Assembly (NCBI RefSeq): GCF_006345805.1
Contig: NC_043009.1
Span: 17,050,001-17,114,000, forward strand
Direction: 5' to 3'
DNA length: 64,000 bases
Source of the DNA: Octopus sinensis
Lineage: Eukaryota
The position numbers and the translations under genes were made by a program. The notes beneath the pieces are model-generated. The model saw nothing but the letters and a program-made list of their open reading frames with translations, was not told the DNA's origin and made no database searches. This document shows, in pieces, positions 26,144 to 40,534 of this stretch (its first letter is position 1; every line of letters starts with the position of its first letter).

Positions 26144-26742
26144 ATAGGCCCCTGATTTACAATGAGTAAACAGTATCAAGTTCCAACTCCATTCTTACAT
26201 GTTAAGTAAAGGTACTCCCAATTCACAACTACATTTTGTGTTCTTTAATTCCTTCAACTATTTTGGAATCTGTCAGGTTGACCTTAGGCCTGTGCACTGG
26301 AGACCATTCTATCCTATTTGGAACTTGATAGATTCTGCTTGGAGTATATATCCTGAACTGTAGTGGTTATGAAACAGCTGTTAAGCTGAGTAACTTACCA
26401 AATCAAGGAAGTCATAAAAGATTTAATTTCATCCTCTATCATTTAGATTACTCTGTCAAATGTAATACCTATTTGTTTACATTGTTCTGAATTAGTCATG
26501 CATAATCAATGATGTGGGTGTTCATGTCTTTTAGAATGACATTGTAGGGTAGATGTGAGTAGACAGATCAGGCCAGTTTGGACAAAAACAAAACAAAAAA
26601 CAGGTAGAATATTTTGGCTGGATATGACCAGTTTAAATGCTAAAGGGTTAACTTGGCATCACAGTGCATATTGTTGACAAAAAACATATGGAGCCTCATG
26701 TATAATTATCCATCAAAAAGTACTTACGCACATGTGCACATA
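26144..26742 (+). repeat. ~600-bp intronic direct duplication, copy A
   Basis: About 20 differences from 32829-33428 counted by eye (~96%). Confidence 0.97.
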
Positions 26743-29315
26743 GTAGGCATCTGTCAGTCTCAAGAAACCATGGATTTGCACCTGAAGAAATTGTGTCAGC
26801 TGCTGATGATGGTGCAGCATGTGTTGTGGCTGTAGAGGCCCACATGGGAGTGGCCGTTATGCATACACTGAATGCATTTGAAGGAGCTCTCTACAGGCAC
26901 CACTGATTTTCCTTTCCTCAGGCGTGCTTTTATTTGATGACAAGTTCCTGTTTCTCCTCCACTCACGTCATCCCCCTTTTGCAGCATTTGTCTCCAGCAT
27001 GGCTGATCATTTGTGACCCCCTCTCTTCTCAGGACGTCCAAATCAAGTGCTTTTACATCTCTCCTGAAACGGAGATGAGGTTGTCTTCATGCTCTTGTGC
27101 TGGTGGCCAATTTCCCATACAGAAGGTCTTTTGGGATCCCTCCATCCAGCATGCAGTGTACATAACCCAACCTTTTTTCCACACTCCCTTTGTGAGCCTG
27201 GCAAATGTGGAGGATGCTTGTTCAATTTGCTTGCAGATTTCAGGGTCCGGAGAGAGGCCATCAGAGATGGTAGAGCCAAGGTAGGAGAATTCACAAATTA
27301 CCTCCAGCTTGTAGTTGTTGATGGCAATGGTAGTGATAGTGGGGGGATGCTCAACATCTTGGCCTCAGTATGTTGGTCTTCTTTAAACTGATAGCCAGGC
27401 TTAATTCTTGACAGGCCTTTGAGAGTTTGTCCACAAGGTGCTGCATTTGCTCCTCAGAGTGCACTGTCAGTGCTGTATTATCCACGTGCAACATTTCTCA
27501 GATGAGTACCTGACACACTCTGGATTTTCCTTAATTTTCTGTCTGATCTGGTGTGAAGACTGACATCATCAGTTGATGTCCCAAATGTGTGTTTCAGCAT
27601 GACTGCAAAGAAGATGCCAAACAATGTGGAGGAAAGCACACAACACTGACTCACACTGCTACACATGTTGAGTGCCTCCAATGAAGAGACATCAAACTGA
27701 GTGATGCTTTTCATATCCACATAAAATGATTGGACAATCTTGAGGAATCTTGGAGGACTGCCAATTTTGGCAAGGATTTTGAATAGGCTATCTCTACTGA
27801 CTAGGTCAAAAGCCTTTGTGAAATCAATGAAGGTGATGAAGAGTGGTTGTCTTTGCACTTGGCACTATGTAGCAGTCAAAGACAGAAGATCATGTTGATG
27901 GTGGAGTGTTCTGATCTGAATACGAACTGAGATTTGGGGTATACCCTCTCAGTGATTTTCTGTAGTCTGTTTAGGACCATGAGATCAAAGACCTTCTCGA
28001 CGATATTTAACAGTGAGATGCTTCTGTAATTCTTGCAGTTGCTTTTGTCCCTTTTGTTCTTACATAGGGTGACAATGTTGCAGTCTCTCATGTCTTGCAA
28101 GATTGTTACCTCCTCCCAGCACTGACACAGTAGCTTCAGCAAGTAGAGCTCTCCTTGTACACCTGATGATCTCTAGTGGGATGCCATCCAAACCCGGTGC
28201 TTTTCCAGTGGGCAAACCATCAATGGCTCAGCTCAGTTCTTCAGCTGTTGGCAGTGTGTCCAGCTCCTACAATGCATTCTTTTGCCTTTGATGACTTCCC
28301 CTATTCTGGATTTGAGTGGAGCTATCTTGTTCTGGGTTGGGCTGATGGCTTTCTTGATACCCTCATACATTATGTGAATATTGCCCATATCAAATGATAG
28401 TTGGATGTTTTCATATAGTTGTAATCAGTAGTCATTTTCACAGCATCTCACTGTCTTCTGCATGTTGTTCTTTGCTGATCTCAATGCTTGCAGTGTTGTC
28501 CTAGTGGGTTGGTGGTTTGTGTTTCAGCAGGGCAGAACACTTCTCCATGGGTGTATTGAGCTCTTTCACACTCACCTCAAACCAATTTTGTGTCATTTTC
28601 TTTCTCCTCCCAAAGGCCTTCAGTGCAGTGCTATGAATGATGTCTCTGAGAGAGTCCCATCCCATTTCTGCCGAACATTGTCTTCTGGTGGGTCTGCAAG
28701 GTGGTCTGCAAGCTGGCTGCTGTGTTGAAGTAGCACTGATATGCTACTTGCTTAGGGGTTTGGTGCAGTGCATCATTTTCGATTGGAGTTTGAGATTGCA
28801 GCAAACCAGGGAGTGGTCTGTATCACAGTCAGTACTCTGAAAAGACTGAGACAGGCACACATTCCTCGAGTAGTTGTGTCTTGTAATGATCAGATCTAGT
28901 TGGTGCCAGTGTCCTGAGTGAGGGTAACACCAGGAGACCCTGTGTTGAGCTTTGGCCTGGAAGTAGGTGTTGGTGACACATAGCCTATGGAGCATACAGT
29001 GCTCAAGCAGCTATTGCCCATTTTCATTCATGTTGCCAACCCTGTACTGACCCAGACACTTTGGCCAGGAGTCGTGATCAGCACCCACTCGGGAGTTGAA
29101 ATCACCAAGTAGCACCAGCTGTTCTCCATTTGGTATCACCTGTATATTCTTAGAGAGCTGATTGTAGAGCTTATTCTTGGCATCTTGTGTGGAATTATGT
29201 TGGGGCATAAGCACTGATAATGTTGACAGGCCATCAGAAGAGTGCAATCAGAGTGAGAGAGTCTGCTCCAAACTGTTGCTGCTGAGTTCTACCAAGTTCA
29301 GGAGAGAATTCCATT
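26743..29315 (-). mobile_element. RTE-clade LINE, 5'-truncated and degenerate
   Basis: APE endonuclease (LLGDFNSRVG, HWHQLDLII, DTDHSLV), RT (NYRSISLL, FIDFTKAFDLVSR), C-terminal FKCIQC..GLYSH and 3' end ...GAGACTGACAGATGCCTAC. Boundaries defined by the empty-site copy at 33428/33429. Confidence 0.93.
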
Positions 29316-29450
29316 TATGCAAAAAATATAACATGCACTAATACATAAACACCTACATGTACACATATATACAAATTGAATAAATTTGATTACAGAGCGG
29401 CCTTGTGTCATGCTGAAGTGGTGAGTTCTTTGCAAAGTGAATGATTAGTT

Positions 29451-29745
29451 TGAGTTGATCCCTCACTAGAATGTCTGGTATGAGTTGATTGCTAGTGATA
29501 CTCTGGTATAAATTGATCCTTAACTAGAATGTACGAGATCGTTTCTAATTAGAATGATTTTGAGTGAGAAGGTCTGAAACAAATAGATTTCTAGTTAAAA
29601 CTTGTGATACGAGTCGATTCCTTGTAAAAATATCTGATATAAGTTGGACCTAGTATGAGTTGAATCTTAGATATTCTGATATGGGTTGATTTTTTTTTTG
29701 TTAGAACTTCTGGTGTAGATTGATTTCCAGTTAGAATCCTGAAGA
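29451..29745. repeat. Degenerate ~30-bp minisatellite
   Basis: Recurring tgagttgat..ctagaatgtctggta-like unit. Confidence 0.7.
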
Positions 29746-30026
29746 ACTAAAATGACTCACACACAAAATTGTTCTACATCTGTGGAGAATATGACATATA
29801 ACAGCTTAAACATATTTAGCTTCTCGTTAATGTTAACCCAGTTCAAGTCATGGGGTGGGTGCAGACTGGGCACTGTCAGTAGTTGCAGGAAGAAGAAGCC
29901 TGTCTTTAAGAGTAGAACGATTATTATAACATTCTCTTGCTTTCTTGAGACATATAAGGAAGAACAACCCCGCGCGCGCGCACACACACATACAAACACA
30001 CTTAAAAAAATTACACCCTCGCTTAC

Positions 30027-30227
30027 CTTGGCAGGTAGACTTGAATTTTGACCAAGTACCATTTCCTAAACACTCCAAGAATGAAGGACCTTTTACTTCA
30101 TGGCCTTTTGGACAAGCAAGTTGGCATTTAGTTCCAGCAATTAGCTTAGCTCTGGTGAGACACTTAACACTCTTCACTGTTACATTATTATTATTATCAG
30201 GGGCAGTAAGTGTGTTACACACTGAGG
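30027..30227 (-). CDS. Coding exon, Sushi/CCP domain 3
   Basis: ttttcag acceptor and gtaagc donor, 201 nt, phase 1-1. (A)SVCNTLTAPDNNNNVTVKSVKCLTRAKLIAGTKCQLACPKGHEVKGPSFLECLGNGTWSKFKSTCQ. Confidence 0.93.
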
Positions 30228-31481
30228 CTGAAAATTGTTTTAAAACAATGGGCAAATGATGAAAAAGTTCAATGACAGAATTCATTTGACAGTTTTATTG
30301 TAATCAATTAGTATTAATATTTTAAGAATTATAGTAGTTAGCCGATAATTGAAGACATTGTTTTCAGTTCTCTTACCTCTGTAATCTTTCTTTACTTTTC
30401 CTCATTTTCCTGAGACAAACAGTGTGTTAATACTCTTCCTCATCATCACCCCCTTATCTTTATTATTATAAGGTAGACCAGTCTATCAATTCATTTGTAT
30501 AACTAAATTAGCTCTCTCCAGACTGTAGCTGTTCCAGAGCAACAAGAATGATGAATATAGAAATGATATTTTGACTGATACATAATGCTATCTATTGAAA
30601 ATTTCCCTTCTTGGGCCACTGTTATGTTCTGACTTTTCTCTGCATTTTTCTTTTGATTCCGCAACTGGTTTTTAATAAACTATACAAGCCACAACTAATT
30701 CTAAATATGGCCAGTGTATATTTAGATAGTGTGAAAATAATATATAATTTCTCATATAAAGATATTTGATAGATTCTGTGCTTTGGAAAATTGTGGGCTT
30801 TAATTCCCCACCTTGAATCACTGTCATTTATCTCGTGACCTTTTCACAACATGTGAAAGAAAGCGGTTTCTTCCTCCATGGACAAAATAATATACAAAAC
30901 CTGACAACCAAATATCTTGATTAGACTCTGTATTTGGTGCCACTCAAGTGTTACCAGTCCACTGATACTATCAGACACATCCTTTTCTGTTTCCACAAAG
31001 AGTAGATCCCAATATAAGAGGTGTTGAGCCTTCAATATTGGCTAATTTAATGTTGCCATCGGCCCCAATTTGTGGCATGGTTAGCTGCCCACCACAACAA
31101 AATTGATATCCTAAAACTAAGGTGCTACATAAAAAGTGCACTGGTATGGGTGCTGGTGCCACATAGAAAGCACCCAGTACACTCTGTGGAGTGGCTGGCA
31201 TTAGGAAGGGCATCAAACCATAGAGACCAAGCCAAAACAGAGTATGGAACCTAGTGTGGCCCCAGGCCTCGCCAGTTCTTGTTAAGCTGTCCAACCCATG
31301 CCAGCATGGAAAACGGATGTTGAATGTTGATGGTGGTTGCCTCTAATTACTTCTCATTAACTGTGTTTGGGAAGCACCACCAACATGATGAAGAGAAAAA
31401 GAAATAAAAAAGAAAGAACTAAGATGAGAAGAAGTAGTGAAGAAGGGTAAATCATATTTTAGAACATTTTAATTTACCTAC

Positions 31482-31604
31482 CTGAGCAAGTGCGACCATT
31501 TGGATTGAGATGGTAACCTGGGTCACATTTACAGAAGTAACTTCCCATTGTATTGACACACTGGTGCTCACATTTACCATTATTCTTCTCACATTCATCA
31601 ATAT
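31482..31604 (-). CDS. Coding exon, calcium-binding EGF domain 3
   Basis: cggtag acceptor and gtaggt donor, 123 nt, phase 1-1. (D)[40 protein letters not shown]. Confidence 0.95.
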
Positions 31605-32828
31605 CTACCGAAACAGAAAATCCCATTGTAAAGTGTTATCACAGATAGGTAATGGAGACAGAAAGACAGGCAAGTGGGCAGGTGCCGAAACACATGTACA
31701 ATGATACTGGACAGTCTAATGTGATTTTCTATAAAATAAGTAGAGTTACACCTGTTATATAAAAAGGTAAAACAAAATAAGATCATGAGAAAACCACAAA
31801 GGGACATGCTCCACACAAAACCAGACACTTAGGCTGATGCAAACATCATGTAGTGAATAACAACAACAACAGCAACAACAACTAGCAACTGCCACTGCCA
31901 CCACCTCAGATGCTGCTGTCCACTAATATCATCATCATCATCATCTACTTCCTCTTTGTCTTCATCACCATCATCATTGCTGTTTCCATCTCCTGTACTG
32001 CCACTGCTGCTACCTTCTCCATCCCCTCCACAACCACCTTTGTTGTCATCGTCACTGTTATCACCATCTTTGTCATCATAATTTGTCATTACTGATAAAC
32101 ATTATTTCTTGCTGATGAGTTCTCATAAAACTGAAACATGTCTATCCAAATCAGGCTCACATCCCAGTACTGACTTTGCACAAAATACCATAGAATGTAT
32201 GTCAGTCCAAGTGACATAGCTATGTTATCATTATTTCAACACTAACTTAAAATGGTCTCTTATATGTCATATTGCATCTTGTCTCTAGTATTTATAAATT
32301 TCTTCTGAGAAGCCTAGTATCCTTAGATCCAGTCTCACTACTTACTTGTTAAATGAGTCTTCATCATCAACAGCATATCAGACACTTTCATCTATTTGTA
32401 TGCATCACATGTCTATGTTGCACAGGCATCTCCGTTGCACACATCTTGACTCATGACTTCAATACTTAATCGCTTTGCTCTCCATGCTCATTAGCATCAC
32501 ACATTTAACATATGATGCTTGTCAATCAAATTCTTCTTCATCCACTACAAATCTTCTACATCTAATGTCTATATTCCTTGACCATTCAGCTTTGTACAGT
32601 CTACCTTCCACAAAGAAACTTTTTGTTGTCAACAGAAGTATCAGCTATAATTGCTTTCATTACAACCGCAATCAAATGACTACGGATTTAGCAGAACCTA
32701 TCATCAACATCCAGTGAACAATCCATAGACTTGAAATGAATTCCTAGATTGCTAAATATTTGTATTTCTTTATTTCATTTGATGCATTGGCTCCCTGCTA
32801 AACTGCCAGAGAGTCTACTGTATCTTTC

Positions 32829-33428
32829 ATAGGCCCCTGATTTACAATGAGTTTAACAGTATCAAGTCCCTACTCCATTCTTATATATTAAGTAAAGGTA
32901 CTCCCAATTGACAACTACATTTTGTGTTCTTTGTTTCTAACAACTATTTTGGAATCTGTCAGGTTGACCTTAGGCCTGTGCACTAGAGACCATTCTATCC
33001 TATTTGGAACTTGATAGATTCTGCTTGGAGTATATATCCTGAACTGTAATGGCTATGAAACAGCTGTTAAGCTGAGTAACTTACCAAATCAAGGAAGTCA
33101 TAAAAGATTTAATTTCATCCTCTAGCATTTAGATTACTTTGTCAAATGTAATACTTATTCGTTTACATTGTACTGAATTAGTCATGCATAATCAATGATG
33201 TGGGTGTTCATTTCTTTTAGAATGACATTGTAGGGTAGATGTGAGTAGACAGATCAGGCCAGTTTGGACAAAAACAAAACAAAAAACAGGTAGAATATTT
33301 TGGCTGGATATGACCAGTTTAAATGCTAAAGGGTTAACTTGGCATCACAGTGCATATTGTTGACAAAAAACATATGGAGCTTCATGTATAATTATCCATC
33401 AAAAAGTACTTACGCACATGTGCACATA
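32829..33428 (+). repeat. ~600-bp intronic direct duplication, copy B
   Basis: Matches 26144-26742. Weaker homology continues (33429-33500 versus 29316-29390). Confidence 0.97.
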
Positions 33429-33624
33429 TATGCAAAAATATAACATGCACAAACACACAAATACTTACACACTTATATATTCATACAAACTGAGTAAATT
33501 ATATAATGAAGTTTATACTGGTTTAGCAATAAATCATGGAAATTTTCTGATTTATGTGACTTAAGCTGTTTAAAATGAATACACTCTTTTCTAATGTTTA
33601 TGTCATAACCTTCAATCTACTTAC

Positions 33625-33816
33625 CTTCACAGGTGACATTATTTCTAGACCAGGAACCATTTTTAAGGCACCTTAGGGTTGAGGAGCCATCCAAATGAAA
33701 ACCTTTGTGACATTTAATTGGACATTTGGTTCCAATCTGTAATGTCTGGTTCTTTAAACAGGCTTTGTATTTCACATCAGCGTTTACAGGAGCATGGAAA
33801 GTTTCACAATATTCAG
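33625..33816 (-). CDS. Coding exon, Sushi/CCP domain 2
   Basis: tcaaaag acceptor and gtaagt donor, 192 nt, phase 1-1. (A)EYCETFHAPVNADVKYKACLKNQTLQIGTKCPIKCHKGFHLDGSSTLRCLKNGSWSRNNVTCE. Confidence 0.93.
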
Positions 33817-35463
33817 CTTTTGAAAGAAAACAGAACAAATATTTTGCAATTTTTAATTTATTACAATCTCAGAATTGATTGTTTGAAGTCTGGGAAAGCT
33901 ACAAAATCATCAGGGATAGCTGCCAAGATATTAAAAGCATCAGGCTATATAGGTTCTATACTATTTACTCAGTTAATTATATAGTGAAAAAAGGTGTTAT
34001 CTCCAGTGACTAGCATAGCAATATCATTGCTAATTACTAAGGCAATTATGAAGGTCTCAAGAAAACAGACATCATAGTGAAAGTAGTTGAAAGAATTATG
34101 GTAGTTAGTATAAAACAGAGTAACTAAGAGAAATTACCCAGACATAACTTTTGCATGAAGACTAAATAGTTATGTTGGTGCTAACATATCCAAGATATTG
34201 AATTGTTAAGCTTCTAAGCAACAATTTAATGAGTTAATCTTCATGTGGGTATCCCTCAAAGATTTCCCTCAGTCACTCTTACGTTACCAAACCTATCATC
34301 ATTTATTCACCCAAATCCTTTATATTTAAGATCTGGCAAGAACAGGAAAAGACTATATTTTTGTTGAGGAGCTCTAATAAGACAAGCATGTCAAGAGTTA
34401 GCACCATGCTACCAAAGATCAAACTCACTCCTCAATGTGTGTCTCAGTTCAGTTGTTAATTAATTTGAATTTTAGGGCTTTCTCTTTTGTGTTTATTGAC
34501 AAGAATTATCATTAACATTAATGATTTTCCATTTTATAATTGCTGTCATTTTGACTGATTAAAAAATGTTAGTGGGGAATTTCACTATATTAGCCCCATT
34601 TAACTGTGTATATGAAACTGAAGTTAGTAATGCTAATTAGCACACACACACACACACTCAATAATATTCCAGTTTCCTCCCAATATGTAACACATATTGG
34701 GATGAATTAAATTGCTTTTCTTTTTTTGCCTTTTCTTTTTTAATTTTACCATTCACATTCTGTTGGAGGAAGGAATTTAATAGGGAAATGCATATGTTAC
34801 GGTAAAGTATTGGTGTGGCTAGCTAAAAGGCATAAAACAATAGCTGTAACATGATTTGGACTCGTTTTCAGTTGGTCAAAAGCCCACCATTTTAACGATG
34901 CAATCATTAAATACATATGCATACATATTTTGCATTATCCCACATCATAAACATGTTTTTTTATTTCACTTCTTAATCTCAAAGCATTCTACATTTATGA
35001 ATACTAAAAAGTATTTATGCCTAACAATGCATAGCACATAAATTAGTATAATAGATTGTAAGTTTGTGAAGGCATCTGGCCAAGTGGTTAGAGTATTTTG
35101 GTTACTATTTCTAGTTCATGAGTTTGATACCTGGTATTGTGTCCTTGAGCAAGACATTATTGTACATCGCTCCACTTGACTCAGCTGGCAAAAATGAGTT
35201 GTAGCCATATTTCAAAGGGCCAACCATATCACATTCTGTGTATGTATGTCTGTGGAGTGCTCCACCATTTGCTTGTTAATGTCACGAGCAGGCTGTTCCA
35301 TTTATCAGATCAACTGGAACCCTCATTGTCGTAACCGATGGAGTGCCAGAGTAAATTTGTGCAACTGTGTGAAGCTTTGAAAATAGGGTTTTTCTCCACC
35401 AAGTAGCAAAAATTCTTCATTGGTTAAAAATCCCTATTAGAATGAATACACATGTTAACTTAC

Positions 35464-35583
35464 CTTTACAAGAATGTCCTTTTGAATCAAGAGTGTAACC
35501 TTTGTCACATTTACAGAAATAGCTGCCCGGAGTATTGATACACTGGTGGTCACATTTATTATTCTTCTCACATTCATTGATAT
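35464..35583 (-). CDS. Coding exon, calcium-binding EGF domain 2
   Basis: ttctag acceptor and gtaagt donor, 120 nt, phase 1-1. (D)[39 protein letters not shown]. Confidence 0.95.
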
Positions 35584-35844
35584 CTAGAATTTTACAAAAA
35601 CTCATGTTATAAATACTATCACATAAAGGATAGCGAGAAACATGTATCCTGCTCCCATACACCCAGGCAAGTGTGAATGAACCATGTGATGTGTAATGTT
35701 GATATGGATGAATAACAAGAGTGCAGATGAGTTGAGTGGAAAACTGGATAGAAGAGGAATAAGATACTGTGTGCAAGAGAGAAGCCTGTGCTAATACATA
35801 TTTCTTTATTGCCCACAAGGGGCTAAACATAGAGGGGACAAATG

Positions 35845-36015
35845 GATTAAGTCGATTATATCGATCCCAGTTCATAACTGGTACTTTATTTATCGACCCT
35901 GAAGGGATGAAAGGCAAAGTCGACCTCGGCGGAATTTGAACTCAGAACATACAGCAGACGAAATACCGCTAAGCATTTCGCCCGGCGTGCTAATGATTCT
36001 GCCAGTCCGCCACCT
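35845..36015 (-). mobile_element. SINE family D with Nin-domain-like core
   Basis: ggtactttatttatcgaccctgaagggatgaaaggcaaagtcgacctcggcggaatttgaac. Copies at about 11272-11460, 44395-44605, 50180-50392 and 57145-57330. Confidence 0.8.
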
Positions 36016-36780
36016 GTGCTAATACAGACATGTGATACATATAGAGGAGGATATCTGTATGAAAAATCCTGTGTGATTAAACTGAATTGAGTCCATTGAA
36101 AGCTTAGGACAAAGAGAGGAAAATTGCAAAATGTTGCACCTGACAAAGAAAGGACAAAGAATGATGTTAGGTGGCAACAGAGAGTGCTGGAGAAGAGCCA
36201 ACTTCCTCTGCAAGTACAGTGAATTGAACATAAAAAATTGTGGTAGTGATGAAGGTGAGAGACCTGTGTGTATGCGTGTGAGTGAGCATGTATACAAATA
36301 TGAAACAAGAAGAGCAAGTGATAGACAAACTGAAAGGTGAATGATAAGTGTGTTAGAGGGGTGTAAGGCTATAACGAAATTCAAAGATGTTGCTTTGACA
36401 GTCTGTGTTTATATCATCAACAGGATCTTCATTTAAGATCCATTTTTTTATGCTGGTATGGGTTAGAATGTTTAACAGGAGTTGGCAAGCCAGAGGACAG
36501 TGCCTAGCACCACTGATTTGGTCTCTGTGACTGGATACCCTTCCTAACACCAGCCATTTTACAGAGTGGATATTTTCCCTTTTACATAGCACCAGCACCA
36601 GCAGGGTCACCAAGTAACTTGCAAGACAAAGAGATCTTGACCAGGGGGGGGGGGCAATTGTATTGAGGGAGGTGGTTTTGCATCTGTTGATGAAAGGTTA
36701 CAGTATAATAGGGGATAGAGGCAGGTGTGATGCTGTCGAAGAAATACATAGCTATCCTATTTGGAGAGAGAAAGATAGAG

Positions 36781-36816
<36 letters not shown>

Positions 36817-37202
36817 ATAATACATGTGAAAACAGTAGTGAGAACTACTATCATCCTAAGTCAGAATAGAACCACTGATACCAGGAAGAAGTGAGTGAAA
36901 TATTAATAATAGAGGCATATAGGTGGCAGGGAGCAGATAAGAGAGGAGTGACAAGGACATGAGTGACTGGTATGGGCAATAAATGGATGAGTAATAGAAA
37001 TGAGAGATGCAAAAAAGAGCTAGAGGAGCAAATATATATGGGTGTTAAAGGGTTCAGAGGCTATCAAGGAGTCAATGATGTAGAGTAGACAGTTGACAGC
37101 TGTACACTTATACTTATGTGCACAAGTTACACTCATACATAAGTCTAGTAATGCATGCCTATATATGCATGTGTGTGTGTATATATACACACACACACAC
37201 AC

Positions 37203-37234
<32 letters not shown>

Positions 37235-37238
37235 TATA

Positions 37239-37279
<41 letters not shown>

Positions 37280-38479
37280 GTATATATATATATATAATAT
37301 ATATATATATATATTATATATATATATATATACATGTATATAAACATATATATAATATAAATTTTTATGCCTGTTTCACCATGCTTGGGCAGGTGGGCAT
37401 GTCTTCTCTAATCCATCATACTGTCAGTTGATGTTGTCCTTTGCTATATACTTCATGAGGTGTAACAGCTTCTGCTCTTCTACCTCCACAACTTCTTCCC
37501 AATTTATCCCCACTTAAACATGGATATTCTGTTAGAACAAACTATACTGTAGTAGTTACCACGAGAGAAACTGATATTGGCTTTTGGAGCAGCAACTCAT
37601 CTCCTCATCAATGTTTTATTGTAAAACAGTGCCAGAACAAATCCTCGTATCTTGATTAGCCAGTGAGCCTGTAGAAAAGAAGTCATTTTAAGTCTCCCTC
37701 TTCCCTATATTTCAAGCTGTTGTTTGTTCCTTCTCAAGCCACACCTGGTTCTTAGGGCCGGTTTCCCAGTTTCCTTGGCGTATAGGTTCCCCAACTGGAG
37801 GGACGCCAGTCCATCCTAGGTGAGCTGCATGATGCAGGAGGAAAGAGTGAGAAAAAGTTGTGGCAAAAGAGTCAGCAGAAGTTTGCCATTACCTTCTGCC
37901 GGAACCGCGTGGAGCTTAGGTGTTTCACTCATAAACACACACATCGCCTGGTCTGAGATTTGAACCCACAATCCCTTGACCACAAGTCCACTGCTCTAAC
38001 CACTAGGCCATGTGCCTCCACATATATTTCAACTACACAGTACATATTTATACAACTATCCTCCTCCATCTACGTTAATGCCCATACCAATGCAGTCTTC
38101 TCTTTTGCACACTACACCTAATTCTTCATATCTGTTTCAGTAATTTGATTGTGGCCATACTGGGGCACTGTCTTGAAGGGTTTTAGTTGAGGAAATCGAA
38201 CACAGGACTTATTTTTATAAGCCTAGTACTTATTCTATCAGTCTCTTTTGCCAAACCACTAAGTTACAGGGACATAAACATATCAACGCCAGTTGTCAAG
38301 TGGTAGTGGGAAACAAATGCAAACACAAAGACCAATATATACATATATATATGACAGGCTTCTTTCGGTTTTTGTCTACCAAATCCTCTCACAAGAATTT
38401 GGTCAGCCCAAGGCTATATTAGAAGACAGCTGACCAAAGTGCACAATAGGGATACATATTCTTACTAGCCTTTGCTGAT

Positions 38480-39360
38480 CTTGTGCATCCAAAACCCACA
38501 TTCCCCATCATGTAGCATTATATTTTGCACACATGCAACATACTATCTGCCTTTCATGCTGATGTAGACCTTCTGTTAGTTCTTACTCTGATTTCTATGT
38601 TCTCAACCACCCACCTCACTAACTACGCTACATTGATAACAGAAGCTATCAACAACTTGTAGAGAACTATCTGGGCATTAGCTTGAATCTATAATGCAAG
38701 TGCTCTCAGATCTTACTTCCTCTATGCACTTGCTGCATGTAAAGTGTTCCTTTTTTGTTGACCTATCTGTGATCCCACTATCTCTCTTATATTTTCACAG
38801 CTTAAAGTGGATTCACTTTTAGGAGTTCCTACCTTTTTTCCAGACACCATGAAGGTTATTTTCCTGATAGAAGCAGGTTTCTGTCTTCTTTTCTACTTAC
38901 CAATGCATTAGTTTTTGCTAGATTCACTTTGAAGTACCTTCATTCCAAGTTTTGTCTCCACATCTGGAATTTCTTTTCTAAGTCTACAAAGATTCAGCTA
39001 TAAGAGTTAGATCATCAGCATAAAGAAATTCCTATGGGCAGTCATGATTTAAACTTCTCTGATATGGCTTGGAGAACCATATTAAATGGAAGGAGGCTGA
39101 GGACTGAGCCCTGGTGTATCCTCATCTTCACTCTGAATTTAACACTATACTTATCACTGACCCTCATCTTATTGACTGCACCTTCAAATATGGCAAGCAC
39201 AGCTTACACAAGCCATTTAGTGGGCAGGGAAACCCTATCAAGGACCTTTAGGTCAACAAAAGTCTGGCTAGCTTCAGTAATACTTGTCTGGTACAAAACC
39301 AAACTGCAAATTCTCTGTGAGAAATATCTTTCTAATCAATTCTGCTATAACTCTGTCTGC
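38480..39360 (-). mobile_element. RTE-like LINE RT fragment
   Basis: Minus strand GIHQGSVLS motif at about 39090-39120 plus degenerate downstream RT and thumb sequence. Confidence 0.6.
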
Positions 39361-39857
39361 AGCCTTCATAATCTGGTCTAATCTGCAACCTTCATAATCT
39401 GGTCTAATAGTGTAACATCTCTGTAGTTTCCCCTCTCTAATCCATCACCTTTCCCACTGATATGGTCACACTAATCATTGGTACGACACCTTCCTGTTCC
39501 ACCTGTTTTACTTCACTCCATGAATGCGTGCACACACATACATACATACACACACACACATACATACACACGCGTGCCCCCATACACACACACGTGCCTC
39601 CACCCTCCACATACATACACACTTGCACATGAATGTACAAATGCTTAAACACACACATGCAACACATACATGTACACATTGACACACATGCAGATAGATA
39701 AATATAGATAAATATATCTCAGCATGTCAGGTAGATGGTAATATACTGAATTGTCAAATAAATTTAAATCAGTCATTTAGTTGGAGAAAGAAAAACTCCT
39801 AGCGGTAATTGTTAGAAACTCTGAAAGAAAAAACAAATAATTTCAAGAAATTTAACA

Positions 39858-40273
39858 TAGGTGCAGGTGTGGCTGTGTGGTAAGAAGCTTGGTTCCCAAC
39901 CACATGGTTCTAGTTTCAATCCCACAGCGTGGCACCTTGCATAAATGTCTTCTGTTATAGACTTGGGTTGACCAAAGCCTTGTGAGTGGATTTGATAGAC
40001 GGAAACTGAAAGAAGCTCATCATATATATATATGCATATATTTATGTGTGTATGTCTTTGTGTCTGTGTTTGTCTTGCCACCATTACTTGACAACCAATG
40101 TTGGTGTGTTTAAATCCCTGTAACTTAGCAGTTCAGCAAATGCGGCTGATAGAATAAGTACTAGGCTTACAAAGAATAAGTCCTGTGGTCGATTTCTTTG
40201 ACTAAAAACCGTTTAAGGTGGTGCTCTAACATGGCCACAATCAAATGACTGAAACAAGTAAAAGAGTAAGAGA
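39858..40273 (+). mobile_element. SINE family A copy
   Basis: Colinear with the family. Confidence 0.9.
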
Positions 40274-40296
40274 GTGGTTTAGGTATTGAACAGAAT

Positions 40297-40534
40297 TGAT
40301 AACAGAAGCTATCAACAACTTGTAGAGAACTATCTGGGCATTAGCTTGAATCTAGAATGCAAGTGCTCTCAGTTGTTACTTCCTCTATGCACTTGCTGCA
40401 TGTAAAGTACTCCTTCTTTGTTGGCTTGTCTGTGATCCTACTTAAAGTGGATACACTTTTAGGAGTTCCTATCTACCTTTTTTCTAAACACCATGAAGGT
40501 TATTTTCCTAATAGAAGTAGGTTTCTGTCTTCTG
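40297..40534 (+). repeat. Local copy of 38632-38889 flanked by a 23-bp direct repeat
   Basis: About 90% identical to the source, with a ~23-bp deletion. gtggtttagg(t/c)attgaacagaat at 40274-40296 and 40535-40557. Confidence 0.9.

Noticed and set aside
31829-32095. Asp/Gly-rich and hydrophobic ORFs
   Set aside because: Degenerate CAA/CAT/CAC triplet-repeat region.
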